From contig JBHGNT010000013.1 of assembly GCA_043228905.1 (NCBI GenBank), forward strand, positions 18,786,001 to 18,850,000: a stretch of 64,000 nucleotides of DNA, given 5' to 3'. This DNA is from Azolla caroliniana (taxonomy: Eukaryota; Plantae; Polypodiophyta). Positions 1-13,345 of the stretch are shown here, one piece after another (position 1 is the first letter of the stretch; each line of letters starts with the position of its first letter). Both the position numbers and the translations under genes were made by a program. Below the pieces are notes generated by a model. It was given only the letters and a program-made list of their open reading frames with translations. It had not been told where the DNA came from and did no database searches.

Positions 1-1573
1 CCAAATAGATGATCAAACAAACATCCAAGAGATCTCGGAATATATCATTTGCCATGTGCTGGAAGACTGCTGGTGCATTAGTGAGGTCGAACGGCATGAC
101 CGTATACTCAAAGTGCCCATATCTAGTGCGAAACGCGGTCTTCCATTCATCTCCTGGTCGTAAGTCGATCTTCGTGAAGAACCTTGCACCATTGATTCGT
201 TCTAAAAAACTTGAGATAAGGGGAAGTGCATACCTATTCCGGATTGTGATCTTATTCAAGCCACGGTAATCCACAACGAGACGAAGTGATCCATCTTTTT
301 TCTTAACGAAGAAAATGGGTGCGCCGGCTGGAGATTTCAAATGCCAAATGAAACCGTTTGCCAAATTCTCCTCTATATAGGCTTGAAGGACTTCCAGCTC
401 TATTGGGGACAAATTGTAGATCGGTCCCCATGGCGGCTCTTTTCCTGGTTGCAAATCGATGGGGGCAATCATACGGTCGATGGTGAGGAAGCTTACTAGC
501 TTGTACTTTATCGAACACATTGGCATAATGACGATACTTCTCTGGAAGTTGAACGGTGGGCTCCTCTTTAATGGTGCTAGAGGGTTCTATTATATTGCGA
601 AGAGAAACATTTCTTCCTTGCGTCCTTCCTCATGCAACTGATGTAGCGAAATGGTTGTAACCTTATGAGTAGATCCTTGGGTTTGTTGACACCGGATTTC
701 TCTTGTTCTCCAATCTATGTTAGGGTTATGTAATTCGAACCATGGTAATCCCAAAACAATGGGATGTTCTGGGATACTAATTATTTAAAATGATATTACA
801 CACGCTAAGTTATCTAGGACAATATTAACGGGCTCTGACTCTTCTATGATATTTCTGGAAGCGATGTGACGACCATCAATGACTACTATAGAGGCTGGGC
901 ACGGGAGTTTTCTTAGGGCTATCTGATGAGCTTGGGCAAAATTCCTATCCATGAAGCAAGAGTTGGCTCCAGAATCTAAGAGTGCTAAGACATGTACTGG
1001 AGGAGTACTTTTAGCACAAACCATTACTTGAACTAAGAACACATTGCTAACTTGCTTAGAAGAAATGGAACCACTAATGGGTTGCACAGATCTAGGGCTG
1101 TCCAACCAAACGGCTCCTATTTTGGCTGAACTTAATCGTTTAACTCTTCTTCTAGTTGACTAAGGATTTCAAATAATAGTTTGAAAGGCTCCGGCTATTA
1201 GGACTATCGGACGCACCTAGAGAAATAGACTCAGGTTTAGTACTATTAGTACTAGCGGTTATTTGATTTACCCGCCTTTTTGGCCGATGGGGACAATTCA
1301 CTGCAATATGCCACGGTCCCCCGCAATACAAACATAGTCAATTTGCCCTGCGTCGCTGCTTTTCTTCTTCTGATAGTGGTCCGCGACGATGTGTGGTGTC
1401 GATTTCCATTGGAGTCGGAGTATTTGTTGGAGATGCATTATATGACTCCCTCAGAATAGGTTTCGCTACCACTGAGGCGTAGGTGGACTCTGATCTTGCC
1501 TTAGCATCTGGAATTGCCGTTCCGAACGTCGTTCGAAAAGACGGTTATCGCATCTCACTGTGCGATTGATTGC

Positions 1574-2258
1574 TTATGTTAATGACTTTGGTTCTTTGGG
1601 GAAGGTCAAGAGTAAATCCTTGACATCGTTGCGTAAACCATAATGAAATTGCTCCATCAATGCTTGATCATCCCAAGGGATATCGGCGGCAAGTAGGCAG
1701 AAATCTGTAGTGTATGCGGAGGCTGGACAATCACCATGGTGTAATCGTCGGATTTTGTTGATTGCAGTTCTTATGTTGTCAGTATCTCCAAAATAGGCTT
1801 TAAACTCACTTATAAATTCTTCAAAATTGTTTAGTAATGGAGATTCCTTTTCTAACAACGGAGCGAACCATGCCAACACAAAGCCACTAAGTAGGGTGCC
1901 TACTAGTCCTACTCGTGATGCATCGGTGGGATATCGAGAAGGATGCATTTGAATCACTAAACATACCTGGTTCAAAAAACCTCTAAACTGTGATCGGGTC
2001 CCATCAAATTTTGCAGGAAGACTGATCTTGGGTTCTTTGTGAATCCCTTGAGTGCTTGATCCTTGTTGTTGTACAATAGTCGCTTCAAGTTGTTGTACAC
2101 GTAACGTCAGCTCCTCGTGTTGTTGTTTTTCTAGCGCTATTTGTTGAAGATCCCCCAACAAACGATGATTTTCTTGTTCTAGTGCTACAAATTTCTCCTT
2201 TAAGCATTGGAGCTCCAAGAAAACAGATTGGTATTCTTGAGTGCTAACAATTTCCATT
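1574..2258 (-). pseudogene. gag: Retrotransposon Gag (Ty3/gypsy), truncated by an in-frame stop
   Basis: Coiled-coil N-terminus followed by retrotrans_gag motifs; homologous to the gag at 31150-39565. Confidence 0.85.
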
Positions 2259-2415
2259 TTACTAGGGAGGATAAGAGGATTAGTATGAAGGGAAGAAAGG
2301 GGTAAGAAGATGAGGGAAACCAAAAAGAAGACCGGAAAAAGGGGATATGTAAGAAGATAAAAAAGGAAGAGGAGGAAAGGAGGAGACGGAAGGAGGAAGG
2401 AAAATCGGTTCAAAC

Positions 2416-2854
2416 TGTCAGGATCAATACTAAGATAGGGAAGGAATTAGTACTAAAAGATGAGGATTAGTACTAAGAGAGGTGTACAACTCTCGAGAGA
2501 AGGAAAAAGTGAGCGAGAGAGAGAGAGAGATAGAGAGATAGAGAGAGAGAATGATGATAAAAGATACATATTATGTGAAGAGAGTATATAATAGTAGCTA
2601 GGAGGCTTAAGACTAGCGTTGAACCGATTTGGTTCGAAATAATGCCTTGTGCCTCCTTTTATAGTATTCTTAGGAATACTCTTGAAGTTTTTAGAATGTT
2701 CCAGAGAAATATGGAATATACATCAATTTTCTATAATAAAACTTAAATGAAAATAATATCCTATGTATTACAATAGATGGATCATGGTATAATGGTCAAG
2801 AGCTCGACCTATGTAACCTAAGGTCATGGGTTTGAGTTTGGCCATATCATGATA
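2416..2854 (-). repeat. 5' LTR of the chromovirus-like element
   Basis: TGTCA at 2416 and TCATGATA (decayed TGACA) ending 2854; minus-strand TATAAAA at 2657-2663; resembles the solo LTR 53533-54003. Confidence 0.7.
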
Positions 2855-2859
2855 GAATG

Positions 2860-3195
2860 TACCAATGACTCTCTAATGGATTGGAATTAAATGATGCTTA
2901 TGAATGAATCAATGATTAAATACTCAAACTAATATATTAATGATTATTTTATACTCAAAACTAACATACAATGCCTTTGAAGGTCATAAATAAAACAATG
3001 ATAAAGGTTCATGAATGAACCAATGATTGAATATTGAAAGCAACATTTTTATGACTCTCTAATGTTTTGTATTAAAGATGTGGCCATGAATGAACCAATG
3101 ATTGAAAAGGTTTATATTTAAAATGGTGGGCATGAATGAACCAATGATTGAGAAGTTCTATATTAAATATGGGTGCCATTAATTAACCAATGATT
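2860..3195. repeat. Spaced direct repeats of ATGAATGAACCAATGATTGA (about 6 copies)
   Basis: Copies at about 2861, 2900, 3011, 3086, 3132 and 3178. Confidence 0.85.
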
Positions 3196-3428
3196 TTAAC
3201 TTTAAACCAACATATATATGGCTTGGTAATGATTGTAAATACTTGATGGCTAAAGTAAATTTAATTTAAATGATATACTATAGGATTAATAAGGTATAAA
3301 ATATAATTGATTCGACTTTATACTGACTAGTTTAAGTAATTATTAATATGTTGAATAAATTTATTATATTAAAAAAAAAAATCTTTTTATTGTATTAATA
3401 TAATATTAAATAATATAGACATTATATT

Positions 3429-3530
3429 GAGGGAGCTTATGTTTAGAGAGGAGTTTATGTTTAGAGTGGAGTTTATGTTTAGAGAAGAGTTTATGTTTAG
3501 AGTGGAGTTTATGTTTAGAGAGGAGCTTAT
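3429..3530. repeat. 18-bp tandem repeat (GAGTTTATGTTTAGAGWG, about 5.5 copies)
   Basis: Directly visible just upstream of the transposase ATG at 3589. Confidence 0.95.
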
Positions 3531-3588
3531 TAGTTTTTTATATTAGCCCAAGCACATAACTTGAAGAGCTCTGTGTGGATCTTAAGCC

Positions 3589-6500
3589 ATGAGTGAAGAC
3601 TCACCGTTCTCGATAGAAGAATATTGTTTGTCATCAGACTCTTCGTTTTCTACCGAAGAGTATTGTCTGTCAACAGACTCACCATTTTCTATCGAAGAAT
3701 ATTGTTTGTTGACAAACTCACCCATTTCTATCGAAGAGTATTGTCTGAGCTCATCTTCACCTACAACACATGTGAATAATGACACATGTGAAGAGTTCTC
3801 TATAATTGAAGAATACGATATTAATAAAGATACGGAGAATGAAGGTAGTGCCAATGAAACATTGAATATCATGGGCGATGGTCACAACAAAGAATTGGAT
3901 TGTAACAAGGTTACCCCAACTTCTATGCAGGAAGAGAAATCTGGAAGCCCTTTGCATATTAGAAGAATCCCACGTAGAATTCGTCTGGCCAGATTTAACT
4001 TGGTGACATCAGATAAGCAGTTTGGATTTGATGTCAACAAAATATGTTGTGCCCGTGGTTGTATGTCTATGATTGGAAAATTAAGGCGATACTATTTTTC
4101 GATGACTGGTGATGAGCACGACACTTACCTCGGGTCACATATGCAACTAGTGTCTGACAAATGTACGGGGATCAAAGTATCATTCGAGTATTATATCTTC
4201 CATGTGCAACAAATCTGTAGAGTTCCCTTCAAAAGTGCGTTATGTGTTAGTAACATGCGGCTACATAGAGTACAACAACGTCTATTGTAAAGAGGTTCCA
4301 AGTATGAAAGGTGCAATTGGAAGACATGCTATTGGTTGGATGAAAAGTTACTTTCAGTTAACTTGTGAAGTAATGCCCACTAAAGGTAGGATGCACCTCT
4401 CTGATAATTACACAAGTCGGGAAGTTTATGATGTCTATTGATCAGATATGGTGGGCTCACATAATAAATCTGTCATTTATAGCCAATTCACAAGATTATG
4501 GAGAGCTCGGTTTTCAAATGTTATCATTCCGCGTAAAGTACGCATGGGGTATTGCTCCATTTGTGCAAATCTTAAAAGTTTGGCTAAAGGTGCAAAGACA
4601 TCAATGGAAAAGGATATGAGTAAGAAGTTACCACAAGAGCATCATGAGGCACAATTGTTAGAATGAAAGAAGGCGATGCATCATAAAGAGAAGTGTTTGA
4701 AGAGGCCCGAACAATACATGTGCTTAATGATAGATGACATGGACCAGAAGAAGACGTGCTTGCCGCATATGCGGAGGCTCCCCAAAGACATCAATGTTGA
4801 GTGCCTTGTTCAAATGCACTTGGTGGGATGCTTGGCTTATAATAGGTCTGTTGGACCTCATGTCTTCATTACATACCCCAATGTTCACAATGACCCTAAC
4901 CTAACAGTTACAGTGATTCACCGAGTTTTGATGTCTTGGGGCCAACCGTTCCCCCCTGTTCTATACATTCAATTGGACAATACTGCTAGAGGGAACAAAA
5001 ATTGAACTGTGTTTGGCTATCTAAGTATGTTGGTCAACTAAGGATTGTTTAGAAAAGTGAAAGTCAATTTTCTTTTGGTTGGCCACACACATGTTCATAT
5101 AGATTAGATGCTTAACACATTCTCCAAACAGTTGTCTCGGCATGATGCTTTCACATTACCAAAACTATTTGATGTCATTTGTGATGGATATACACCACGC
5201 CCAAAAGTGTTACAGTTGAAGGAGGTATATGACTTTAAGAGATATATATCAGATGGGGATGTTGGGAATGTTAAAGTGCTCGCCCAATTAAACAATATAA
5301 GCTTCAATCACATTTTTATGATAAAGAAAAATGAAATAAGTGGTTCTACGCTTTTGTATGCTAAACAATATTCATCTTCTACAACATGGGAACCTGAAGG
5401 TGGTTGCCAGTTATTACTTTGTATGCCGAGTACAATTGTCCATGGAGCTAAACAAATGCCAATTGAGAAGAAAGCACTGTTGTTACCCGATCGACAAAGG
5501 AGTTAAAGACCAGAATGTGAAAGGGATTGTTTATTCGGAATCTATTATAATTAAGTAGTTTATGAGACGTGAATGGACGGACCGGTTCCGAACAGGTGCC
5601 TGTTGGCACCATTTTGTACTCAGCACCGGTGACCAATATAAAGGCCTGGTTACAATGTAAAACTTTGACGGATAATTAATAAAGCTTCTTGTTTTATCCA
5701 TAAGTGTTGATTACCGTTCTGTGCTAATTGTTCTATCATACGCGTGTATCAAGTCTAATTCCATATTGCTAAGTAACCAATTAAAGTCTGAGTAATCGTT
5801 GTGTCTTAAGTTATCTCGCCGTAGCACCCCTTTGGTGAAGTGTCTTCCGTAGACACCTTGTGTTAGGCCATTGTTCGACCATAAGGAATAACAACAGTTG
5901 CATAGTGACTTGGTATCGGAACAAAAACAATTATGGCTCCAAGCCTTAGAAGAAAAAAGAAAGCATATTGAGGCCGCAAAGAAATATGCCGCACAATAAG
6001 ACACGTCATGGTGGGATGTATTTTTTAGTGATAGAAAGGAATTATAGAAAATTGTGTATTTGGTGATAATTGGAATTTGGAAACGCCATTCACATGGTCG
6101 CTACAACATGATTGTGTAAAAAAAACTTCGGAGCAACTAACAAATGCAATTAATGACAGTTTGGTCCATCCACAACAAAGAGACATTTATGTGGAACCAA
6201 GGATGACCAAAGCAGCCGAAGCTAGATGGCAAGGCAATTTGCAAGAGCTCGCGGTAGGGATGTTGATTGCAACGCCGATTGATGAGAACTCACATGGCCA
6301 CCAATTTTGGGTTGGTAAAATTCTAAAAGTGCTAATGCATGAAATAGAAAACACGATCAAGTCTATAAACGTTAATTAGTACAACACTAGAAGTGCAAAT
6401 GCTTTTACGGGTAAGTATACATTGGAGATGATTGAATGCCCAACTACAAGGGGAGGTAGGAAGAGGAAGCGAAACATTCGTAACACCTCGACCCTTGATA

Positions 6501-6759
6501 TCTCTAATGTGGATCTATCATCGTGTACGACTTCACGCTTACAAAAGCCGGATGATTAAGGAAGTCAACAATAGATATAATAAAAGAAAAATTACCAGGT
6601 CTACAAGCTGGCTCGAGTTGAAGGCAAACGAGATCTGCTACATATAATCTAGAGTCAAACCATTTGGTTTATGATGAAGATAATGCATTGATTGGTACAT
6701 CTGAGGATGACGAGGAGGAATCGTCATTGTATATTAGTTATAGTAGTGATTCTCCGTAG
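3589..6759 (+). pseudogene. Sola-like DDD transposase, divergent copy 0, with stops, frameshifts and a ~400-bp insertion
   Basis: Motifs MCLMIDDMDQKKTCLPH, LYIQLDNTARGNKN, FLLVGHTH..ID, CSIC, EVYDFK; C-terminal QFWVGKILKV; colinear with 22740-25138 and 36144-38586. Confidence 0.8.
5516..5916. mobile_element. ~400-bp insertion interrupting transposase copy 0 (possible solo LTR)
   Basis: Protein homology to copy 2 stops at 5515 and resumes near 5922 (QKQLWLQALEEK vs EQRAYWLRCLAEK); starts TGT; flanks CAGAA/CGGAA. Confidence 0.55.
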
Positions 6760-7089
6760 AGGAGTGATCATGAATGTATTTTTGGCTATTAAGTGTAACT
6801 ACATTACGCTTGTAACAAATCAAGTAATATAAAAGCATGTGTTTTGAATTCTTATGATTTCTAAAAAAACGTTTCTTATAAAATAACATTGGTTGTAAAG
6901 TTTGTGATATAAATTGAGAATGTAACTTTTTGAAATTCCTCTTTTTTTATTTATTTCTAAATCACGAAAATAGTGGATTTTTAACCTTTTTCATAGTTAC
7001 ATATTTGAACATGTATCATACTGGTATCAATGTGTTTGTAAAATCATTGAAAAAGTACTAAAATCAATCAAAATATTCCTTATCCTTCC

Positions 7090-9160
7090 ATTTATGCGCA
7101 ATCCTTCCACTTGTGAACGCGAACATGTTTTACTCCAATCAAGACATTAAAAGAAGAGAATGCCCCATACCATACATGGTTTGAATTAAAAGAAGAGGGC
7201 AAAATCCTATTAGAAGCGTAACTTATCTCCTTAACATCCCTAGAGGATTGATTAAAGTTTAACCAAGTACCAACATTAGCCTCAAATGCCTCATCAACCA
7301 CTGCCTAGTTTAATCTTGTCCTTCTTCCTAACATATTACCATACTCATCCTTAATCAAGGGGTTCCAACAAATTGGTTCCCTTTTCCACTCGTCCTCCCA
7401 TATAGGATGTTTATGCATAAGATTAGGCAACAAACATTTCCACACTCTGAACAAAGAGTTAAAATTTTTATCCGAAATAAAAATAGAAGTCAAAGGCATA
7501 TCCTTGTGCACAAGCCACCACCTCACATTTCGCTTCCAATGTCCACCTCTACATGGAACCAATTCCTTCATACGTTCATGAAGTAACAATTTCCCTGGCT
7601 CATTCCCTGGCAGCATACTTCAACCCTAATCCTCCCTCGTGAGGAGGAAATATTATTACCTTCCACGCAACTTAGATCTTGTATTTGCATCAGATGCACC
7701 CCATAAGAAATTGCGGACAAGCCTTTGTATCTGAGAGAGAACAGAGCTTGAAAACAACCAAGATGAGAGGATATACCACATCGAAGACAGAAGCACTTGA
7801 TTAGCAATTACAATTCTTCCAGCCAACGATAGATGTCTCAAAGACCAAAACAACAAATTCCTCTTCAATGACATTAACAAGGGGGCAATAAATTGATAAT
7901 GAGTAATATCAACACCAATTTGACAACCAAGATATCGTATTGACCTCCCATGTTGAAGCCATTGAAAATCCGGATGGGGCAACCAATGTGAAACTCTATT
8001 ATTCTTCATTCTTATTCCAATGGATTTATTCCAATTTATAATAGCACCTGATAGCTCACAAAATTCTTGCACCATACATTGAACATTACGCAAATTCTAT
8101 TCCTCCCCATCCACATATAAAGCTGTATCATCAGCAAATTCATTGTCAAGCACTTGCTTATTATCGACTCCCCATTGCAACCCTTTAATCCTTAAGGCAT
8201 GATTATTAAAATACACATGAAAAGCCTTAGCTATTAATAAGTATAGGAAAGGGGCCAATGGGCATCCTTGCCTAACTGATCTTGAAATAGAGAAGGGAGC
8301 ATCAACTTCTCCCGCCACATATATGGAACTAGACGCATTCTTATACAAAGCTCTTACGGCAACTACCCAAGCCATTGGAAATCCTAGTTGTAACATAACT
8401 TCCTCGAGGAAAGACCAATCAACTCTATTGTATGCCTTTTCAAAGTCCAACAATAGCACCACTAGGTCAACATCCTTCTCTTTTGCCAAAGCTGTAAACT
8501 CCTAGAACATGAAAATATTTTAAAAAATAGAACGCTCTTGCATAAAACCCGTTTGCGATTTATGAATGATATCATTTAATAAAGGTTGCATACGTAAAGC
8601 AAGGACTTTAGCATAGATCTTGTAGATAGTATTTAGAATAGTTATCGGCCGCCACTTCTTAATGTCAACTACTACCCCCTCCAATTTAGGAATAAAAAAA
8701 ACCCTGCATTCCATTGATAAGGCATATCACCCAAAGTAAAAACCTCTTGTAACACTTCCGTTACACTGATTCCAATGTGATCCCAATAGCAAAGAAAAAA
8801 TTCAGGAGGAAAACCATCGATGCCAGGACATACATTCTTACCTAAGGCCGTAATTGCAGCATACACCTCATGAACATTAAAAAGCTTTACTAATTCATTA
8901 GCCATAGAGAAATTAATTTTTTTCTTCATAACACACCATAATGTAGATCTTAAGGCCAATTGCTCATGCGAGATGATTGCCTCGTTAGCAAGGATTTATA
9001 AAAGTCCGAGGCAATTCTCCTCACTTGAACATCATCTGATGTTAATGATCCATCCTCCCTCTCTAATTGCCTCATTACATTCTTAGTATGACCAATTTTA
9101 TTTACACGAAAGACTCAACATTAGTCTTATCTGCAAGATGAGACCATTTCACTGAGGATG
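7090..9160 (-). mobile_element. L1-clade LINE ORF2 fragment (reverse transcriptase), pseudogenised
   Basis: CPGIDGFPPEFF, KWRPITILN, LLDFEKAYNRVDW, RQGCPLAPFLY, FADD, YLG, LSLAGRIVIANQVL. Confidence 0.93.
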
Positions 9161-12100
9161 TGTTGAGCGAGCAAGCTCAACTGGATCTGGATCGGCTGAA
9201 TAAGCTAGAGCCAGATTGGTATCCGGAACGGAGAACCAGATCGGTGTCCAGAATTAGCAGTCAGATCAGATTGAAACAGGTAGGCCGTTAGAGGCCTATG
9301 GATATAGCTTAGTACGTAGGCATATTTTTGGGAGTCGGTGACGGTCGCTCGTATGAGCATTGAAGTGCCTGTCAGTACTTCTGTCAGTCCTTTATGGACT
9401 TGTATAAAAGTTCTCTCTGAGCACATTCTATGTACACACACACATAAAGGATTATTATTTTAGAATAGAGTTTTATGTTCTGCTCTCTCTCTGTCTCTCC
9501 CGTGTATGCTAAATATTCTCAAGCTTCCATTGAACCTGTGTTTTCTATTCTCTGTTGTTGCCTGACTAAACCGGTTTTGTCAAGCTTCTACACGCTACCT
9601 TTTACATGGTATCAGAGCGAGAGGGTTGAGACTCCTCTGCAACCGACATACGATTTCGAAGACAAACCCTAACACCCGGTGAAGAACAGTAGAGAACCAA
9701 AATGGATAGAGGTATGGCAAGTTCGCTTCCCATAGAAAAGCTCAACCGGAGCAACTATGCATCCTGGTCATATAAAATGCACCAATACTTGTTGGGGCAT
9801 GGATATTGGAGCTATGTGGAAGGAACCAACGAGGTAGCCCCAGAGCCAGCACACAAAGACTTCCCAGTATGGGAGCAAGGAGCGAGCCGAGTATTGTACT
9901 GCCTCGCGTCCGGTGTGCACAATCAGATGCTCGACTACATCAAGGATGCTAAAACGCCAAAGCAGGCCTGGGAAAATCTACGGAAGATTTTTGCCGCAAG
10001 TACCACAACCCGTAAGTTGTAGCTCCGGCAAGAGCTGAACAACATCCGACAGAGAGATATGTCAGTTACGGACTACATCACCAAGATTAAGGAGATCTGT
10101 GATACACTCGGATCCATCAACGTAACGGTGGAAGAAGACGAGATGGTCCAGATCTGTCTTGGTGGTCTAGCACAACGGTACGGGCCAATCCAAACGTCAA
10201 TTTGCACCCGGGAGAAGCCACCGTCCTTCTTTGACTTACAATCCATGTTGATGGTCGAAGAAAACCACATGAGTGGGTCGAGGACCACTCAATCGGATAG
10301 CCGGATGTTGTACACATAGGCGGATCGATCACGTGGGCGTGGAGGACGAGGTGGGTCGGCGCACAATGGAGGTGGCTGGCAAGAGCAGAACCAAACACAC
10401 AGAGATGGTGCCGACAACAGTTCCGGACCCTCCACAAGCAGGGCGAGTCAAGTCAGAGCCGAAATCGGCAGTCGAAAACTGACACAGAATTTTGGTACTA
10501 TGGCAAGAAAGGCCACACAGAGAGTGACTGTTGGAAGAAGCGTGTTGATTTGGATAAATCCGGATCCGGCAAGGCCGGACAAGGGAACCGACAAAGCTTG
10601 CACTACAGAGAAGGATCGAAAAGATCTAGAACTGGGAAGAACGAAAAAGGGCCAGCCTTCGTGATGAAGCACAAGGCGAACTCGATGAAGAAGACCACTT
10701 CTGGATCGGAGGAAGTATGGTATGTTGATTCTGGAGTGTCAAACCACATGACGAGCCAGGAAGAGTGGTTCTCGTTTTTGGAGATACTGGAACAATTGGG
10801 AATCGTCGAAACTGGAGACGACACCCCTCACCCGATTGTGCATGTCGGAGAAGTCCCTTTAAGCCATGTTGGACAAAAGGGAAAGCTGATGAACGTACTG
10901 CACGTTCCAACAATCACAAAGAACCTGGTGTTGGTCGGACAAATCATCGACCGGGGAATGCAGGTGCGGTTTATGCACTTCCATCGAGGAAGAAGGCCGG
11001 ATAATCACGCAAGGGTGCAGGGAAGGGAGGATGTTCATCCTCAACACAAATGACGTCGGCACCGCCATGTTTGCCAAAGGACAGAAGATTGAATCAGACA
11101 TTGATCTCTGGCATAAGCAGATCGGCCACGTCAACTACCGGAGGCTTCAACATATGTAATCGAAACAAGTTGCTTCGGATTGCCGAAGTTTAGTGGCTGG
11201 AAGGCCCAAATATGTGAAGCCTACCAACTCGGGAAGCAACACTGACTTCCATTCCCCCCGAATGAAATTGGAGCTGTAACAAGCTCGATCTAATCCATTC
11301 GGATGTATGGGGATCGGCACAGAGTGTTAATCTTGGTGGGAGTCGGTATTTCGTCTCCTTCATCGACGACTACAGCCGGCACACGTCGATCTACCTCATC
11401 GAGATGAAAAGCGAAGTCTTCGACTATTTCTGGAACCTTCAAAGCTTAGTCGGAAGGGAAACAGAGAGGAAGATAAAGTGCCTATGGTCGGATGGTGGAA
11501 AAGAATACTTTTCCAGCCAATTCAACAATTATCTGCAGCAAAAAGGAATTCGGAGAGAATTCAGCTATCGATATACACCGGAACAGAACAGTGTGGCCGA
11601 AAGAAAGAACCGGTCGATTGTCGACGCGGCAAGGGCAATGCTAGAGGAGAAGAGCATGCCCAAATTCTACTGGGCCAAGGCGGTTCAGACGACCGTCTAC
11701 ATCCAAAATTGGATCGGGGACGAGGTGTCAGCACATGAGTTGTATTTCGGACGGAAGTCGAATTTGAGACACCTTCGGATATTCGGTAGCATAGCATATG
11801 TGCATGTACCGGATGAGGAGCGGAGGAAGCTGCATACTCGTCGGCTACTCGCATGAACAGAAGGGGTATAAGTGTCATAACCCCCGGACTAAACAGGTAC
11901 GAGTAAGTCGAGATGTCAAGTTTGATGAGTCGACATCATGGTACTCCCTACCGACTCCAACTCTCGACGAAGACCCGATTCCGGAGGATGAGGCTATTGA
12001 ACCCGGAGAGGTTCAAGAAGAAGATGAAGGATTCAGTACTCTAGATGAGAGTCCGATCTCATTCCGACTAAGTGGACCGAATGAGCAGCTGAGTTGGGAT

Positions 12101-13016
12101 GACCACTCGGATGAAGAATCGGCGAGTAGTGAAGACTCTGTCGTGCTCTCCCTGCGCAAGGAACTGAGGAGACGGTTTATGCACAAAGAGAAGGGGAAGA
12201 AGAAGATGCCGGAATACGATACTGGCAGTGAAGGGTCGGATCGGAACGAATCCAACCGGCTAACCAAAAGTTACACTAGTCAACCCGTTAGAAGAAAACT
12301 GTCCAGAGGTACGGATACAATGAGTTCATGGTGCATGACTAAGGTGGCAATAGTGCGTGAGCCGGAGAGCTATGTAGAAGCAGCAAAAGACGCAAATTGG
12401 CGTGCTGCTATGGAGGAAGAAATGCAGGCACTTGATGCCAACAACACATGGGACCTAGTTGACCCTCCCCAATATTGTAAACCGATCGGTTGCAAATGGG
12501 TATATAAGGTGAAGTACAATGCCGACAATTCGGTCGACCTAGTACAAGGCTCGGTTAGTGGCAAAGGGATACACACAAACCCATGGAATCGACTATGACG
12601 AGACCTTTGCTATGGTAGCGACGATGGCAATGGTTCATGTGGTACTAGTTGTTGCTATGGAAAGGGGATGGCATCTTCACCAAATGGACGTGAAGAATGT
12701 GTTTCTTCAAGGTGATCTTAATGAACAATGGGTCTATATGATCCAACTTCCCGGTTTCCAATCAGAGATGAACAAGTCGGTAGTGTGCCAACTCAAGAAG
12801 TCGCTTTACGGTCTGAAGCAACCCCCCCGAGCTTGGAATGCGAAGATCACGCACCGATTGTGTAAGATGGGGTTTGCGGCCTCAAAGTCCAACTCCTCAC
12901 TGTTCATCGGGAAAGGTCTGGATGGTCCGGTTTGTATCCTGCTATATGTTGATGATTTAGTCATCACCGAACCCAGACTGGATGAAATCGGCAAAGTGAA
13001 GTCCCAGTTGTCGGAC
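9161..13016 (+). mobile_element. Ty1/copia retrotransposon (5' LTR 9161-9606, tRNA-Met PBS, gag-PR-INT-RT), 3'-truncated
   Basis: TGTTG...TTACA then TGGTATCAGAGC (9607-9618); WYVDSGVSNHM, GGKEY, YTPEQN, IGCKWVYKVK, HQMDVKN, LLYVDD. Confidence 0.93.
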
Positions 13017-13345
13017 TGTTATCCGTATAGGTGTACGGGATGAACAGGGTGTAATGTGTATGGTGTGGTGTGTAATATGGAATATGTATACGAGTGTGTG
13101 AGGATGAGTATGTGTGAGCACATGCATAATTATGTGCATGTGACAAGAGTGTAACGGTCATTATTTACCGTTACATTATGTATTATATAAACCCATTATG
13201 GGGCATGTAATGGACATACCTTTTTCCCTTCTCACATTCGTGTTATTTTCTATTTGTCTTTCTCTCTACCTCTCTCTATCTAACTTAACCCCCTTGGGAG
13301 GGGGGTGAAGCCTAGAAGCAACACTTTTGGCATGCCCGAACGAAC
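13017..13345 (+). repeat. LTR plus PBS of a non-chromovirus gypsy-like element that truncates the copia
   Basis: TGTTA at 13017 to GCAACA at 13323; TATATAA at ~13184; then TGGCATGCCCG, similar to the PBS at 46656. Confidence 0.55.

Larger units (their letters stand above)
1..2854 (-). mobile_element. Ty3/gypsy chromovirus-like LTR retrotransposon, 5' part (LTR, gag, protease, start of RT); degenerate, runs off the window
   Basis: Gag ORF 1574-2413 (KEPKISLPAKFDGTRSQFRGF...WDDQAL); protease ALLDSGAN in ORF 785-1105; RT start below 520; LTR 2416-2854. Confidence 0.9.

Noticed and set aside
2860-3195. CRISPR-like repeat-spacer appearance (also 25875-26009 and 42919-43040)
   Set aside because: Degenerate repeats, irregular and mutually similar spacers, no cas genes, and a eukaryotic transposon context.
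6760-7090. Right TIR for transposase copy 0
   Set aside because: No match to the AACAC..GTGTT TIR was seen before the LINE sequence begins.
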